Of a stretch of 64,000 nt of DNA, positions 9,365 through 18,969 are shown piece by piece. Every line of letters begins with the position of its first letter. The stretch's first letter is position 1. A program made the position numbers and the translations under genes. Origin of the DNA: Candidatus Levybacteria bacterium RIFCSPHIGHO2_01_FULL_40_16 (GTDB lineage Bacteria; Patescibacteriota; Microgenomatia; Levybacterales; UBA12049); the NCBI GenBank assembly GCA_001783805.1, contig MFNS01000001.1, forward strand, positions 192,649 to 256,648, given 5' to 3'. Under the pieces are notes generated by a model. It saw only the letters and a program-made list of their open reading frames with translations. It did no database searches and had not been told where the DNA came from.

Positions 9365-10465
9365 TTAATATATTAGTCCACCGGAATATATTTCTCCACT
9401 CACTCCATTAACAGTAACAATATTGCCGTTTTGAAACACCCGGGTCGCATTTTTGACTCCCTCTACTGTGGGAATATGAAAATCTTTTCTGTAAAGAAAT
9501 TTTTCATAGGAGTTTGGCAAGAATGAATCAACAACTACAGCTTTCGCATTTTTCATCATACCAAACAATGAGTGATCGAGATTATGAAGTACAATTACAT
9601 CGCCATTTTTTATTTTCGGGTCATAATTGAAATTATTTAAAATTTTAACACGTCCCGTAACTATTCCCGGATTAATTGAGACTCCTTTAGCGATGATTTT
9701 GGGGGTTTTATAAGACGTGGCTTTATTGTCAAATTTGTTTACTATTCCTGTAAAAGGATTGACTTTTGTGATGATAATTTTGTCTTTTATTACAATATAT
9801 TCAATTTCTTTTGGGAAATAAGAGTGTTTTTGGATTATTTTGCAGTAATCGTTTAATTTATCCATTTGCACCTTAGTTAATCTCTTATCGAAGACAGGAT
9901 TGCCTGTTACAATCTTTCCTTTTACTCCGGCTTTAATTTCTTCTTGTACTACAATTGCAACAGGGTTTTTGAAAGATGAAGCCCAAATCGTTTTTATTTT
10001 TAGAATTAAATTCGTATCGCCTTTTATATTTGTAAAAACAATAGATTTATTGTCGGAAGATGATGAAAAAATATTTAAGGGGCGGTTCTTAAATAATCCC
10101 GATAGATTTTTATAGTAATTATGTAATTCCGAAACCAATATTTGCGGAATATGGCTATGCATTATATGTCTTTGAAGCAAATTATCGGTTGAATTAGATA
10201 GCGCAGGGTGTTTTAGGAACGGAGTTTTATATATATTTTTATCAATATCGATTAGCCGTAAGAATTCTTTAAAGAAATTGATCGTAATTACAAATCCTTT
10301 CGGAAGCGGAATTCCTAATTTCCAGAGCATTCCGAGTTCTTGTGCTTTTTTGCCGACCAGATCTTCATCCGTTTTAAAAACTTGCGATAAATCTACGATG
10401 TGATGATTTAACCTCATACTATTTATTATGCGGAATTTCCCAAAATTATCAAGGGGAGTTAGCAA
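9365..10465 (-). CDS. degenerate PEP synthase/PPDK-like protein (N-terminal part plus PEP-utilising mobile domain)
   Basis: VGKKAQELG...GIPLPKGFVIT at N-terminus; GVSINPGIVTGRVK...IPTV...GNIVTVNGVSGEIY at C-terminus; no phospho-His motif. Confidence 0.7.
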   Translation of the reverse strand: MLTPLDNFGKFRIINSMRLNHHIVDLSQVFKTDEDLVGKKAQELGMLWKLGIPLPKGFVITINFFKEFLRLIDIDKNIYKTPFLKHPALSNSTDNLLQRHIMHSHIPQILVSELHNYYKNLSGLFKNRPLNIFSSSSDNKSIVFTNIKGDTNLILKIKTIWASSFKNPVAIVVQEEIKAGVKGKIVTGNPVFDKRLTKVQMDKLNDYCKIIQKHSYFPKEIEYIVIKDKIIITKVNPFTGIVNKFDNKATSYKTPKIIAKGVSINPGIVTGRVKILNNFNYDPKIKNGDVIVLHNLDHSLFGMMKNAKAVVVDSFLPNSYEKFLYRKDFHIPTVEGVKNATRVFQNGNIVTVNGVSGEIYSGGLIY

Positions 10466-10468
10466 TTC

Positions 10469-11848
10469 CTATGAGAGTCTTTTGATAAGCCTTATTAATT
10501 CTGATTTTTTTCGTTCGGTTTCTTTTTTGGAATATGACTCAACATTTAATCTCAATAATGGCTCTGTGTTTGAAGTTCTGACGGAAAATCTCCAGGTTGG
10601 ATAATTTACTGCGATTCCATCCATTTCGTCCAAAACACCGTCTTTGTATTTCTCCTTCACGGCTGCAATTATAGCTTTTCCATCTTTTACTTTAAAATTA
10701 AATTCTCCCGATTCATAGGACCTCGTATAATCTTTTACAATTTTTGAAAATGGTTTATTCTTACTAGATAAAACCTTCAGTACGGTAAGTATCATGGGAA
10801 TTTGAGATTCGGAATTTCCTGTTTCCCTAAAAAAATAGTGCCCGGATGATTCACCGGCAAAAATTCCGCCATATTTATTCATAGCTTCGGTAATATATGC
10901 GTGTCCAACTCTTGTAATCATCATTTTTCCGCCATTTTCTTGAATTATTTTTTTTGGAGTGAAGATATAACGTATATCTATAAGAATTTGGGCGCCTTTG
11001 TTTTTTTTAAGCAAATCTTTCGCAACGATAGAGGTAATAATTGTCGGCGGCACAATATTTCCTTTCTCATCAATGAAAAATAAACGATCTCCATCTCCAT
11101 CAGGGGCAAGGCCTAAATCTGCTTTTTCCTGAACGACTCTTTTCTGTAAATCAACTAACGTTTCTTTTTGAAGGGGATCCGGCTGATGGGCGGGGAATGT
11201 TCCATCTAATTTAAAGTTCATCCTGACTAGATCCATTGGAATTTTCCTTGCGACAGCGTTAATATATTGAGACCCCATGGCATTAGCAGCATCGGCCACA
11301 ATCTTAAACATCTTTATCTTAGGATTGCCGGCGATTCTTAGCGAATTAACAAATTCATCATCTAAAATTCCTCTTTTTTGCGAGACAGTTCCTTTACCTT
11401 TGGGTTGAATAAATTTTCCTCCAAGCGCTATTTGCTTAATCTCCTCAAGCCCTGTAGGCTTACCTATCTTTATAAGACCTTTTTCGCCTTTCTGAACAAT
11501 TTTTAGACCGTTCCATTCTTTTGGATTGTGAGACGCTGTAATTTGAATTCCGGCATCATATCCATAATGAGAAACAGAAAAATAAAATGTTGGCGTAGAA
11601 ACAATTCCAACATCAACTATGTTTGCGCCCAAACCTTCCAAGGTTTCTATCACGACTTTTGTAAGGGAGGGGGATGAGGTACGCATATCTGTCCCCACAA
11701 CCAACGTAAAAGGCTTCTTTTCCCCGTAGTCTTTGACAAGGAAAGTATAAATTGCCTTAACAATCAAAACTATATTTTCCTCATTGATATCTTTTGGATA
11801 AATTGCTCGGATATCGTAACCCTTGAATATTCCGGGGTTTATATTCAT
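10469..11848 (-). CDS. phosphomannomutase/phosphoglucomutase
   Basis: FKGYDIR, ITASHNP, DGDGDR, GESSGH and RTSNTEP motifs. Confidence 0.93.
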   Translation of the reverse strand: MNINPGIFKGYDIRAIYPKDINEENIVLIVKAIYTFLVKDYGEKKPFTLVVGTDMRTSSPSLTKVVIETLEGLGANIVDVGIVSTPTFYFSVSHYGYDAGIQITASHNPKEWNGLKIVQKGEKGLIKIGKPTGLEEIKQIALGGKFIQPKGKGTVSQKRGILDDEFVNSLRIAGNPKIKMFKIVADAANAMGSQYINAVARKIPMDLVRMNFKLDGTFPAHQPDPLQKETLVDLQKRVVQEKADLGLAPDGDGDRLFFIDEKGNIVPPTIITSIVAKDLLKKNKGAQILIDIRYIFTPKKIIQENGGKMMITRVGHAYITEAMNKYGGIFAGESSGHYFFRETGNSESQIPMILTVLKVLSSKNKPFSKIVKDYTRSYESGEFNFKVKDGKAIIAAVKEKYKDGVLDEMDGIAVNYPTWRFSVRTSNTEPLLRLNVESYSKKETERKKSELIRLIKRLS

Positions 11849-11857
11849 TTTTTTATG

Positions 11858-12559
11858 TTACATTTCCAAGAGTAAAAAGTCAATGGATTGGGATAGAGAC
11901 AGAGGTAGGCCTCCGGTTTTTGAGCCGATTTCGATTTCGTACAATTTTTTATATATTTTTTTCAAACTTAATTGATCAAAAAACCTCGCCTGTTTTTCCA
12001 ATTTACCCATTTGCCAGGGGGCAAGGCGGGTTATTTCGTCAATGGGTTCATTATCGGATGGCTCGGATAACCCCAAGAGTATCCTGAATTGTCTTTGCAG
12101 CATAAATAGAATTAATTCTTCTTTTATTCCGCTAGAAATTGCCTGATGAAAAAAATTAAGAAGACTTCTTGAGCTATTGGGTTTTAGATTATCTAAAAAT
12201 AAAAATATATTCTTGGGTAACTTAAAATAATTAACGATAGCGCCCTTAAATGAAGATAAATTTCTTTTTGCTATTTCTTTCGATTCCCATAAGACAAAAA
12301 CAGAAGATTTAACGTTTTTGGATATGAAATCATGAATTTCCTTGGACTCTCTGTTCGTTTTTTTTAATTTTGTTAAAAATTCTTCAATAAAAATAACTTT
12401 TGAGTTGCCAAAAAGAGATGACCCTTCAATATTCTGTACCAGATCTGCAATCGTTAGCTTACCTCCGTCAAACAAAATAAAATCTTTATACTTCTGTTTT
12501 AATTCATTAAAATATTCTCGTGACTTGGAGATATCGTCTCCGTGGATAATTGTAATCAT
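11858..12559 (-). CDS. holA: DNA polymerase III delta subunit (short form)
   Basis: ITIIHGDD, SLFG and C-terminal EIGSKTG pattern typical of HolA. Confidence 0.7.
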   Translation of the reverse strand: MITIIHGDDISKSREYFNELKQKYKDFILFDGGKLTIADLVQNIEGSSLFGNSKVIFIEEFLTKLKKTNRESKEIHDFISKNVKSSVFVLWESKEIAKRNLSSFKGAIVNYFKLPKNIFLFLDNLKPNSSRSLLNFFHQAISSGIKEELILFMLQRQFRILLGLSEPSDNEPIDEITRLAPWQMGKLEKQARFFDQLSLKKIYKKLYEIEIGSKTGGLPLSLSQSIDFLLLEM

Positions 12560-12606
12560 AATTTAATTTTCAATTTTAAATTTTTAATCAATTTCTAATG
12601 ACTAAA

Positions 12607-13047
12607 TTATCTAAATTTTTTGTACTGCGTGAACAACTTGTTTACCTCTGATTGCAAATGACGATGCCGGCTGCGGTGCGGCAAGAGAGCGCCTGAAAAG
12701 TTTTTTGGGATATGCAAGAGCTCATGAATCAATACTTTCTTCTTTTCGTCCGGAGATAGCTTATCATAATAACGAGATAAAACTTCTATAATATATGCTG
12801 GTTTAATATTCAAGGCTCTTTGAAATATTTTAGGCATTGCCCAAATTCTTGCATAGGATCTGGATTTCGATCCAAAGGTCCGGAAACAAAAAATCCTTGA
12901 AGGGTCAATATTGGAAAAATCTAAAACTTTCAACATTTTATCAATATCTTTCTTAACTTCTCCGGCATCTTCCCATTCCAAGGTTTTAGCAGTTTTGACT
13001 TTTGCGTTTTGACTTTTTCGTTTTTTAGGTATGCTTATCCGCCACAT
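12607..13047 (-). CDS. putative zinc metallopeptidase
   Basis: VLIHELLHIP (HEXXH) and SRSYARIW; start uncertain. Confidence 0.7.
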   Translation of the reverse strand: MWRISIPKKRKSQNAKVKTAKTLEWEDAGEVKKDIDKMLKVLDFSNIDPSRIFCFRTFGSKSRSYARIWAMPKIFQRALNIKPAYIIEVLSRYYDKLSPDEKKKVLIHELLHIPKNFSGALLPHRSRHRHLQSEVNKLFTQYKKFR

Positions 13048-13561
13048 AAGAAGCTCCGTATGCGTGAGGTTTTGTTTTTGCTACGAAGCCATTGCCCGTA
13101 ACCATGCCCACAACTTCCTTGATCATATCTCTTGTATCCCCATGCTCTCCGACGTCAATATGAATTTCCAAGTTATAAAGGGGAGAGTTACCATTAAGTG
13201 CTTTCCGTAGCATTGGAACAAAAAATAAGGCAAAATTAAGCGATTCAAGTGTCTCGGCATAAATTTTCTCCCGAAGAGAATGAATATTTGCCATATTTTT
13301 TCTTCTCCAGAAGTATTTGCCCCCATATCCCCGTCTATGGATTAATACAGCAGTAACCAAATTTATAGTTTTAGAATCCCCATTATTTTCTTTTTCATGA
13401 GAATCTGTACCGATAACCAGACTGTACTCTGCAGATGGTTTTTCCTCCAAAAAATCTCTGATAAGCATTATTGATTCTTGAATTTTTATTTCCCCATGCG
13501 TAAGACTGTTTAATAACTCGTTTGAGGTGTCTTTTCCTACTGCTAGTATATTTTTGACCAT
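13025..13561 (-). CDS. RNase H-like YkuK/DUF458 family protein
   Basis: IGTDS, LREKIYAET, EIHIDVG and ASYVADKHT motifs. Confidence 0.85.
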   Translation of the reverse strand: MVKNILAVGKDTSNELLNSLTHGEIKIQESIMLIRDFLEEKPSAEYSLVIGTDSHEKENNGDSKTINLVTAVLIHRRGYGGKYFWRRKNMANIHSLREKIYAETLESLNFALFFVPMLRKALNGNSPLYNLEIHIDVGEHGDTRDMIKEVVGMVTGNGFVAKTKPHAYGASYVADKHT

Positions 13562-13581
13562 GTCGTATTATACCATAAATG

Positions 13582-14754
13582 CTAGATAGATAGCCTCAGG
13601 AGCCATTTGAAAAAATCGGAGATAATATTGTTTTTTTCCAAAGGTATATTTTTATATTGTAATGTTTTGGGAAAAGTTTTTAGAGGAAGTTTTTTAGATA
13701 TACTGTTTGAAGAAACATCCGTATTGTAATTTACCGTAGGATTGCCTTTTGTTTTTGGAATTTTGGCAAGGGCAAGAAAAATTTTACTTTTTTCTCCATT
13801 CTCATTGATTAGAGAAAATTGAGAAAAGTGTCCTTGCCCCCCTTGAAGCAGAAAAGGGGTTACAGCGACAATATAATTGTCAGACCAGACATGCTTGAAT
13901 GCGTATTTAAAATATTCTGCAATTTGATTTTCCGCCAATTCTTCTTTTGACCAACCGGTTTCCGTGATAAAAACAGGTAAATTCTTACCGCTTAATCTAT
14001 AGGCTAAATTTCTCTCAAAATTAAAACTATAGATGCTTTGACTGGTCAAAATATACGGCATCTGCCTGAACCCGGGATTCGGATATGAATGACTTCCCAA
14101 TCCATCTACTAAATCAAAAATACCAGGAACCGCATCATTCATTGCAAGCATATAATCATATTCATTCATATATTTTCCGTTAATATTTGGCGCTGCATTG
14201 TCAAGCCCCGCAGAAATTATAAAAAAATCATCATTTAAAGATTTAAAGGCTGAAACAGCATATCCTAGTATGTTTGCATATTCTGCGGGATTTAAATTTC
14301 CTTCCCATTCGTCACTTCTGTTAACCTCGTTAAAAACTACTATATACCTGTTTTTTACCGGCCATTCTAAGGAGTTCAGGAAATTGGCAAAATCTAAAAT
14401 ATCGTCGTAATGTGATTTTCGCCAAACTTTCGTATCAAAATAATAATTCTCAGACGCCAAACGAATTATCGGAATAACGTGTAGCTCTCTTGCGTCATCC
14501 ATGAATCTTTGCCATTTTTCAAGATCTCTGTCTCCGGCCTGGATAGGAATTGTTACGTAACCCCAGTCTCCGCCATTTGAATTAAACAGTCTTGAAGCGT
14601 CAGATAGCTCTGTGGTAAAAAGTATGTGAACACCGAATTTATTGTTAGGAATAGAAAGCGGATCTTCAATTGCATAAGCATTTTTGCAACATTGCGTAGT
14701 AATAAGAATTGCGATTACTAGAAAATTTATTATTCCTATCATAAGATTAATCAA
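13582..14754 (-). CDS. secreted glycoside hydrolase (clan GH-A-like)
   Basis: Signal peptide, FNEVN acid/base, SHSYP and ITETGW nucleophile motifs. Confidence 0.7.
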   Translation of the reverse strand: MINLMIGIINFLVIAILITTQCCKNAYAIEDPLSIPNNKFGVHILFTTELSDASRLFNSNGGDWGYVTIPIQAGDRDLEKWQRFMDDARELHVIPIIRLASENYYFDTKVWRKSHYDDILDFANFLNSLEWPVKNRYIVVFNEVNRSDEWEGNLNPAEYANILGYAVSAFKSLNDDFFIISAGLDNAAPNINGKYMNEYDYMLAMNDAVPGIFDLVDGLGSHSYPNPGFRQMPYILTSQSIYSFNFERNLAYRLSGKNLPVFITETGWSKEELAENQIAEYFKYAFKHVWSDNYIVAVTPFLLQGGQGHFSQFSLINENGEKSKIFLALAKIPKTKGNPTVNYNTDVSSNSISKKLPLKTFPKTLQYKNIPLEKNNIISDFFKWLLRLSI

Positions 14755-15637
14755 ATTTTATTTTATCAATAGTCAATTCTGCGGTAAAGATATGGCCTGC
14801 AACTGATGGATGAATACCATCATCCGTGTTTACTAAATATGGATCACCATATGCTCCATCAATCCTAGAATTGTAATATACGTTAATAAGGGAAATCTTT
14901 TCGGCAACGGATAAATTAATAACGTTATCTAATTGTTCAATAATGTGCTTGGCTTGTTCAAGCGCTGTCCCTTCCGGCATGTTGACCCCATTTTTTCCTT
15001 TTCCAAAGCCTGTTTCTAAAGGGGCTATTTCTGCCAAAAGATAGATACGGGAAGATAAACTTTTCGTTTTCGCAATCAGTTCCTTGAGAAGTGAATAATG
15101 TCGGTTTCTATCATGAGTTGAAAAAGGATTATAAGCAAAAGACCCAATAATCAATACATCGGGATTAAGCGTCGGAATTGGAGGGAAATTGCGTTCTCTA
15201 TTCACAAATGAACTTTCGAAACGAGCAAGCCCTTGCTCCACATTTTGGCCTCCTATCCCATAATTATATAATTTAAACGTAGTTTTAGGGTACTTATTTA
15301 CCAAGGCTTTTTGTAAATATTCGAGATTCTCCCCCATGGTATCTACCATAGAATCCCCAAAAATTGCAACTGTATACAATTTTTTTTTGAGAATAACTGC
15401 TGGATTAGTCGAGGGCGATAGGGACGGAGATGGAGTTGGGGATAAGGTTGTTGTGGGTGTAGAAGTAGGAATAAATTTTAAGGAAATGGATTCGCTTTTC
15501 ACTGCTTTTTTTTCCATATTATGAAAAAAGTTTTGAATTACATGACCGGTTACAACTGATAAGAATAATATTGCAATAAAAATTATTGCAAAAAAACCTC
15601 TCATGGAGACCTTATTATACACCCTATCCGCTAGCAT
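14747..15637 (-). CDS. SGNH/GDSL hydrolase, membrane anchored
   Basis: FGDSM, NYGIGG and DGIHP motifs; Pro/Thr-rich linker. Confidence 0.85.
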   Translation of the reverse strand: MLADRVYNKVSMRGFFAIIFIAILFLSVVTGHVIQNFFHNMEKKAVKSESISLKFIPTSTPTTTLSPTPSPSLSPSTNPAVILKKKLYTVAIFGDSMVDTMGENLEYLQKALVNKYPKTTFKLYNYGIGGQNVEQGLARFESSFVNRERNFPPIPTLNPDVLIIGSFAYNPFSTHDRNRHYSLLKELIAKTKSLSSRIYLLAEIAPLETGFGKGKNGVNMPEGTALEQAKHIIEQLDNVINLSVAEKISLINVYYNSRIDGAYGDPYLVNTDDGIHPSVAGHIFTAELTIDKIKFD

Positions 15638-16815
15638 CAGACCAAGAACCCGAGGAGAGAGAGGGATTTTTTTAACGTCGAGACTGAACCTTTATTTTTA
15701 ACAGTTTCAGTAATAATTTGAAGCGCTATGGGAGTATTCAAATCATCTTCAAGAGCGTTGATAAATTTATTGAAAATATTTTCATCAATTTCGGTATTTG
15801 AACTTTGATGGTTAATATATTTTTGAATTTTTAAACAATCATTTTCGGATTTTTTTAAATCCTTATCAAAAAATTCAAACGGCTGCCGGTAATGATGTAA
15901 TAAGAGGTACCAACGAATCGCATTAGGCGAATAATTCTTGAGAAGATCGGAAACCATAATTAAATTGCCCAAAGACTTAGACATTTTCTCATCTTTGTAT
16001 GAAACAGGCGCATTATGCATCCAAAATCTGGAAAAAGGTGTTTTTAAGGTTGCGCCTTCACTTTGAGCAATTTCCGCTTCATGATGGGGGTAAATTAAAT
16101 CAATTCCTCCCCCATGAATATCAATCTGCTCACCAAGCGTGGAAATTGCCATTGCGGAGCATTCAATATGCCAGCCCGGCCTGCCTCGCCCGAATGGGGA
16201 TTCAAAAGAAGGGATGTGGGAAGGCTGATTTGTTTCTTCTGCTCTCCAAAGGGTAAAGTCCAAAGGATCAACTTTATCCGGATTCTCTATATTTTCGTCG
16301 AAGTCTTTGGAAATTTTTAACATTTCGTTTCTGGTTAATTTTGATAATTTGCCGAAATCCTTTTTTTTGGAAATGTCAAAATATACGCTTCCGTTCTTTT
16401 GATAAGCTAAACCGTTTTGCAAAAGTTTATTAATTAAAATAATCATTGGACCGATATATTCGGAGGCTTTAATGTAATTGTTGGGCTTTAGCCAGTTTAG
16501 GGAGGACATATCTTGTAAAAATTTACCAGTCCAAAAGTCGGAAAGTTCTACCCAGGAAGTATTCTGCTCTCTTGCCTTTTTCAAAATATCATTGTCCCGG
16601 TCGTTAATATCTGTTACGTTTTGCGTGTAATTAACTTTGAAACCGTTGTGTCTTAACACTCTTACCAAAATATCAAACGAGATGTAGGTAAAAGCATGGC
16701 CTAAATGAGTGGTGTCATAAGGAGTAATGCCACAAACATACAAGCTGACATTTTTGGACATTAAGGAAGCAAAAGGCTCCTTCTTTTTGGAAAGTGAATT
16801 ATATAACCTAAGCAT
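15637..16815 (-). CDS. short cysteine ligase (CysRS/MshC-like)
   Basis: YVCGITPYD, HLGH, PGWHIECS, HGGGIDL and KMSKS; 392 aa with no clear C-terminal anticodon-binding domain. Confidence 0.8.
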   Translation of the reverse strand: MLRLYNSLSKKKEPFASLMSKNVSLYVCGITPYDTTHLGHAFTYISFDILVRVLRHNGFKVNYTQNVTDINDRDNDILKKAREQNTSWVELSDFWTGKFLQDMSSLNWLKPNNYIKASEYIGPMIILINKLLQNGLAYQKNGSVYFDISKKKDFGKLSKLTRNEMLKISKDFDENIENPDKVDPLDFTLWRAEETNQPSHIPSFESPFGRGRPGWHIECSAMAISTLGEQIDIHGGGIDLIYPHHEAEIAQSEGATLKTPFSRFWMHNAPVSYKDEKMSKSLGNLIMVSDLLKNYSPNAIRWYLLLHHYRQPFEFFDKDLKKSENDCLKIQKYINHQSSNTEIDENIFNKFINALEDDLNTPIALQIITETVKNKGSVSTLKKSLSLLGFLV

Positions 16816-16828
16816 TCTTTATATTTTA

Positions 16829-18061
16829 TCATTTTTCCCCGGCGTATTTTCGAAGAATGGGAACTTTAAGCGCGACTGCTCCGGCGATTATTACTGTTGC
16901 CACTCCCCCTACAACAACAGATAAGGGAGCCCCGATTGCTCCGGCCAGAAGTCCCGCTTCAAATTCTCCAAGCTGAGGCCCTCCCATAAAAAAGATCATG
17001 TTAATTGATGTCATTCTCCCCCTAATGTAATCCGGCGTCATGAGTTGACGAATAGTGTTCCTGATGACGGTGCTAATACTGTCCCCTGCGCCAACCAAGA
17101 AAAGGGCTAAAAATGACAGCCAAACATATCTGGATAATCCGAACATTATAGTAGCCAAAGCATAAATGAAAACGCCCAAAAGAAGAAGTTTTCCCTGATT
17201 TTTAATTTTTCCAATAAATGCCATGACGTATCCGGTCAAAACAGCGCCAATTGATTGTGCAGCGTATAAAATACCAAAACCAATTGGTCCGACATGGAGA
17301 ATTGTTTCTGCAAAAATGGGCAAAAGAGAATTTGCCGATGAGAAGAAAGTGCTAAAAAAGTCCAGAACCATTGTCGACCAGATAATAGTTTTTGATTTAA
17401 TGAAAATCAGACCTTCGAGAATTGCACCAAAAGAAACCTTGGACGGTTTTCCTTCAATTTCTCCCGATGTTTTCATCATAATTAATGCCGTAATTACTGC
17501 CAGAAAAGAAATAGCGTTAATCAGATATATACTTCCGACCCCATATTGCTTGATAACAAAACCGCTTAACGCAGGGCCAATAACCATTGACATTTGAAAC
17601 ATAATTACATTTAAACTCATTGCATTAGCCAAGTGGTCTTTATGGACAAGGCTGGGAATAATGGCTTGTCTTGGAGGCGCGTCAAAAGCAACCGCTACGG
17701 CAGATAGACTAGTAACAATGTAAATTATCAGTGGATTCACGGTGTTATTAAGGGTGGCAAAAGCAAGAATGAAAGAGAGTATTGTTAAGGTAATTTGGGT
17801 AATAAAAAGGATTTTGCGTCGATTATGGGCATCGGCAACCGCTCCTGCAAGAAGTGCAAAAATTGCGATTGGCAGAAATCTGGCAAGTCCAATTAGTCCA
17901 AGCGAAATAGCGGAGTGAGTAATTATGTAAATATGCCAATTGATCGCGGCAAACTGCATTTGAGAGCCAATAGTGGAAATCAACAGCGCAATCCATAACA
18001 GCCGGAAATCCCGATATTTTAAGGCCGCAAACCTACCATGCTTAACGCTAGGCATACTCAT
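16829..18061 (-). CDS. MFS transporter
   Basis: About 12 hydrophobic segments; GAVADAHNRRKI motif A. Confidence 0.9.
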   Translation of the reverse strand: MSMPSVKHGRFAALKYRDFRLLWIALLISTIGSQMQFAAINWHIYIITHSAISLGLIGLARFLPIAIFALLAGAVADAHNRRKILFITQITLTILSFILAFATLNNTVNPLIIYIVTSLSAVAVAFDAPPRQAIIPSLVHKDHLANAMSLNVIMFQMSMVIGPALSGFVIKQYGVGSIYLINAISFLAVITALIMMKTSGEIEGKPSKVSFGAILEGLIFIKSKTIIWSTMVLDFFSTFFSSANSLLPIFAETILHVGPIGFGILYAAQSIGAVLTGYVMAFIGKIKNQGKLLLLGVFIYALATIMFGLSRYVWLSFLALFLVGAGDSISTVIRNTIRQLMTPDYIRGRMTSINMIFFMGGPQLGEFEAGLLAGAIGAPLSVVVGGVATVIIAGAVALKVPILRKYAGEK

Positions 18062-18453
18062 GATTGCTTAGTATATCAGAAAAATCTTTTAGTAAAATTA
18101 GTTATTGACAACCAATGTTATTTTTTGCATAGTATATTTATGGCAAAGAAAAAAGTCACTAGAAGATCTTCAAAGAGTCTCTTTCAAACAAACCCAAATT
18201 TAAAGTGGTTGCTTCCCTTGTTTATTCTAGCCTACTGGCTAACTACAGTTATAAAATAATATCTCAAGAGTACTTCCGTTCCCAATATTGATTAAATTAT
18301 TCCGCAGAATTAGAGTTTTCTCTCGAATAGGATTTTGTATGCCCGTTGTGTACCGCCATGGGGATTCGAACCCCCTCCCAATTTTAGCGCTCGGCTTTTC
18401 AGAACTATTCGTTTACGCTTCGTGCTGCCCGGAACGTTAATTTTGGCCTTTTG

Positions 18454-18527
18454 TACCTCCGACCGGATTCGAACCGGTGATTCTCTGGCTGAAAACCAGA
18501 TGTCCTAGGCCGCTAGACGACGGAGGC
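18454..18527 (-). tRNA. tRNA-Glu(TTC)
   Basis: GCCTCCG...TCTGG-TTTTCAG-CCAGA...GGTTCGAATCC...CGGAGGTA cloverleaf. Confidence 0.93.
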
Positions 18528-18770
18528 TTGATGTTTAATTAAATTTTCAATTGCAACCCTGCTTTTAAGCGATTTTAAATAAAATTCTCTTTTTCGAGCT
18601 TCTGATAACGTTTCATATTCTTCTTTGTAAATAAGTTTAAACGGTCCCCGATTTTTTGTATACTTTGAACGTCCTTTATTGTGATCTGTAAGCCGGCGAT
18701 TAATGTCAGTCGTACTGCCAATGTAATGTCTACCGTCAATATCACTTCTTAATATATAAGTCGTAAACAT
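18513..18770 (-). CDS. small GIY-YIG nuclease (UPF0213-like)
   Basis: MFTTYILRS...HYIGST...RRLTDHN...ARKREFYLKS; likely ATG at 18770; stop lies inside tRNA-Glu. Confidence 0.9.
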   Translation of the reverse strand: MFTTYILRSDIDGRHYIGSTTDINRRLTDHNKGRSKYTKNRGPFKLIYKEEYETLSEARKREFYLKSLKSRVAIENLIKHQASVV

Positions 18771-18969
18771 TTTGGTCCTAGGTTCCGATTTAATCGCGAA
18801 TGCTCGATGGATAAATCCATCGGCACCGCTAGCCCCGATGATCGGTGTCATCGGGATCCCGCACGAATGAAATTCGTCGGGAACGATGGCGGCAAGCATT
18901 ATTGATTATACCAACTTTCCTAAAAAAACCCAAGACTCACTTAAGAGCCTCGGGAGAATAAACTTTAAT

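Larger units (their letters stand above)
18351..18893 (-). pseudogene. fragmented outer tRNA-Glu-like shell enclosing a GIY-YIG gene and an intact tRNA-Glu
   Basis: 5' pieces GCCGCCATCGT (18893-18883), CTAGCGG (18832-18826) and CCTAGGAC (18782-18775); 3' piece GGGGTTCGAATCCCCATGGCGGTA (18374-18351); acceptor halves GCCGCCA/TGGCGGT pair. Confidence 0.7.

Noticed and set aside
18771-18899. N-terminal extension of the GIY-YIG ORF in the ORF track
   Set aside because: It is read-through of tRNA fragments and hairpins; the domain starts at the ATG at 18770.
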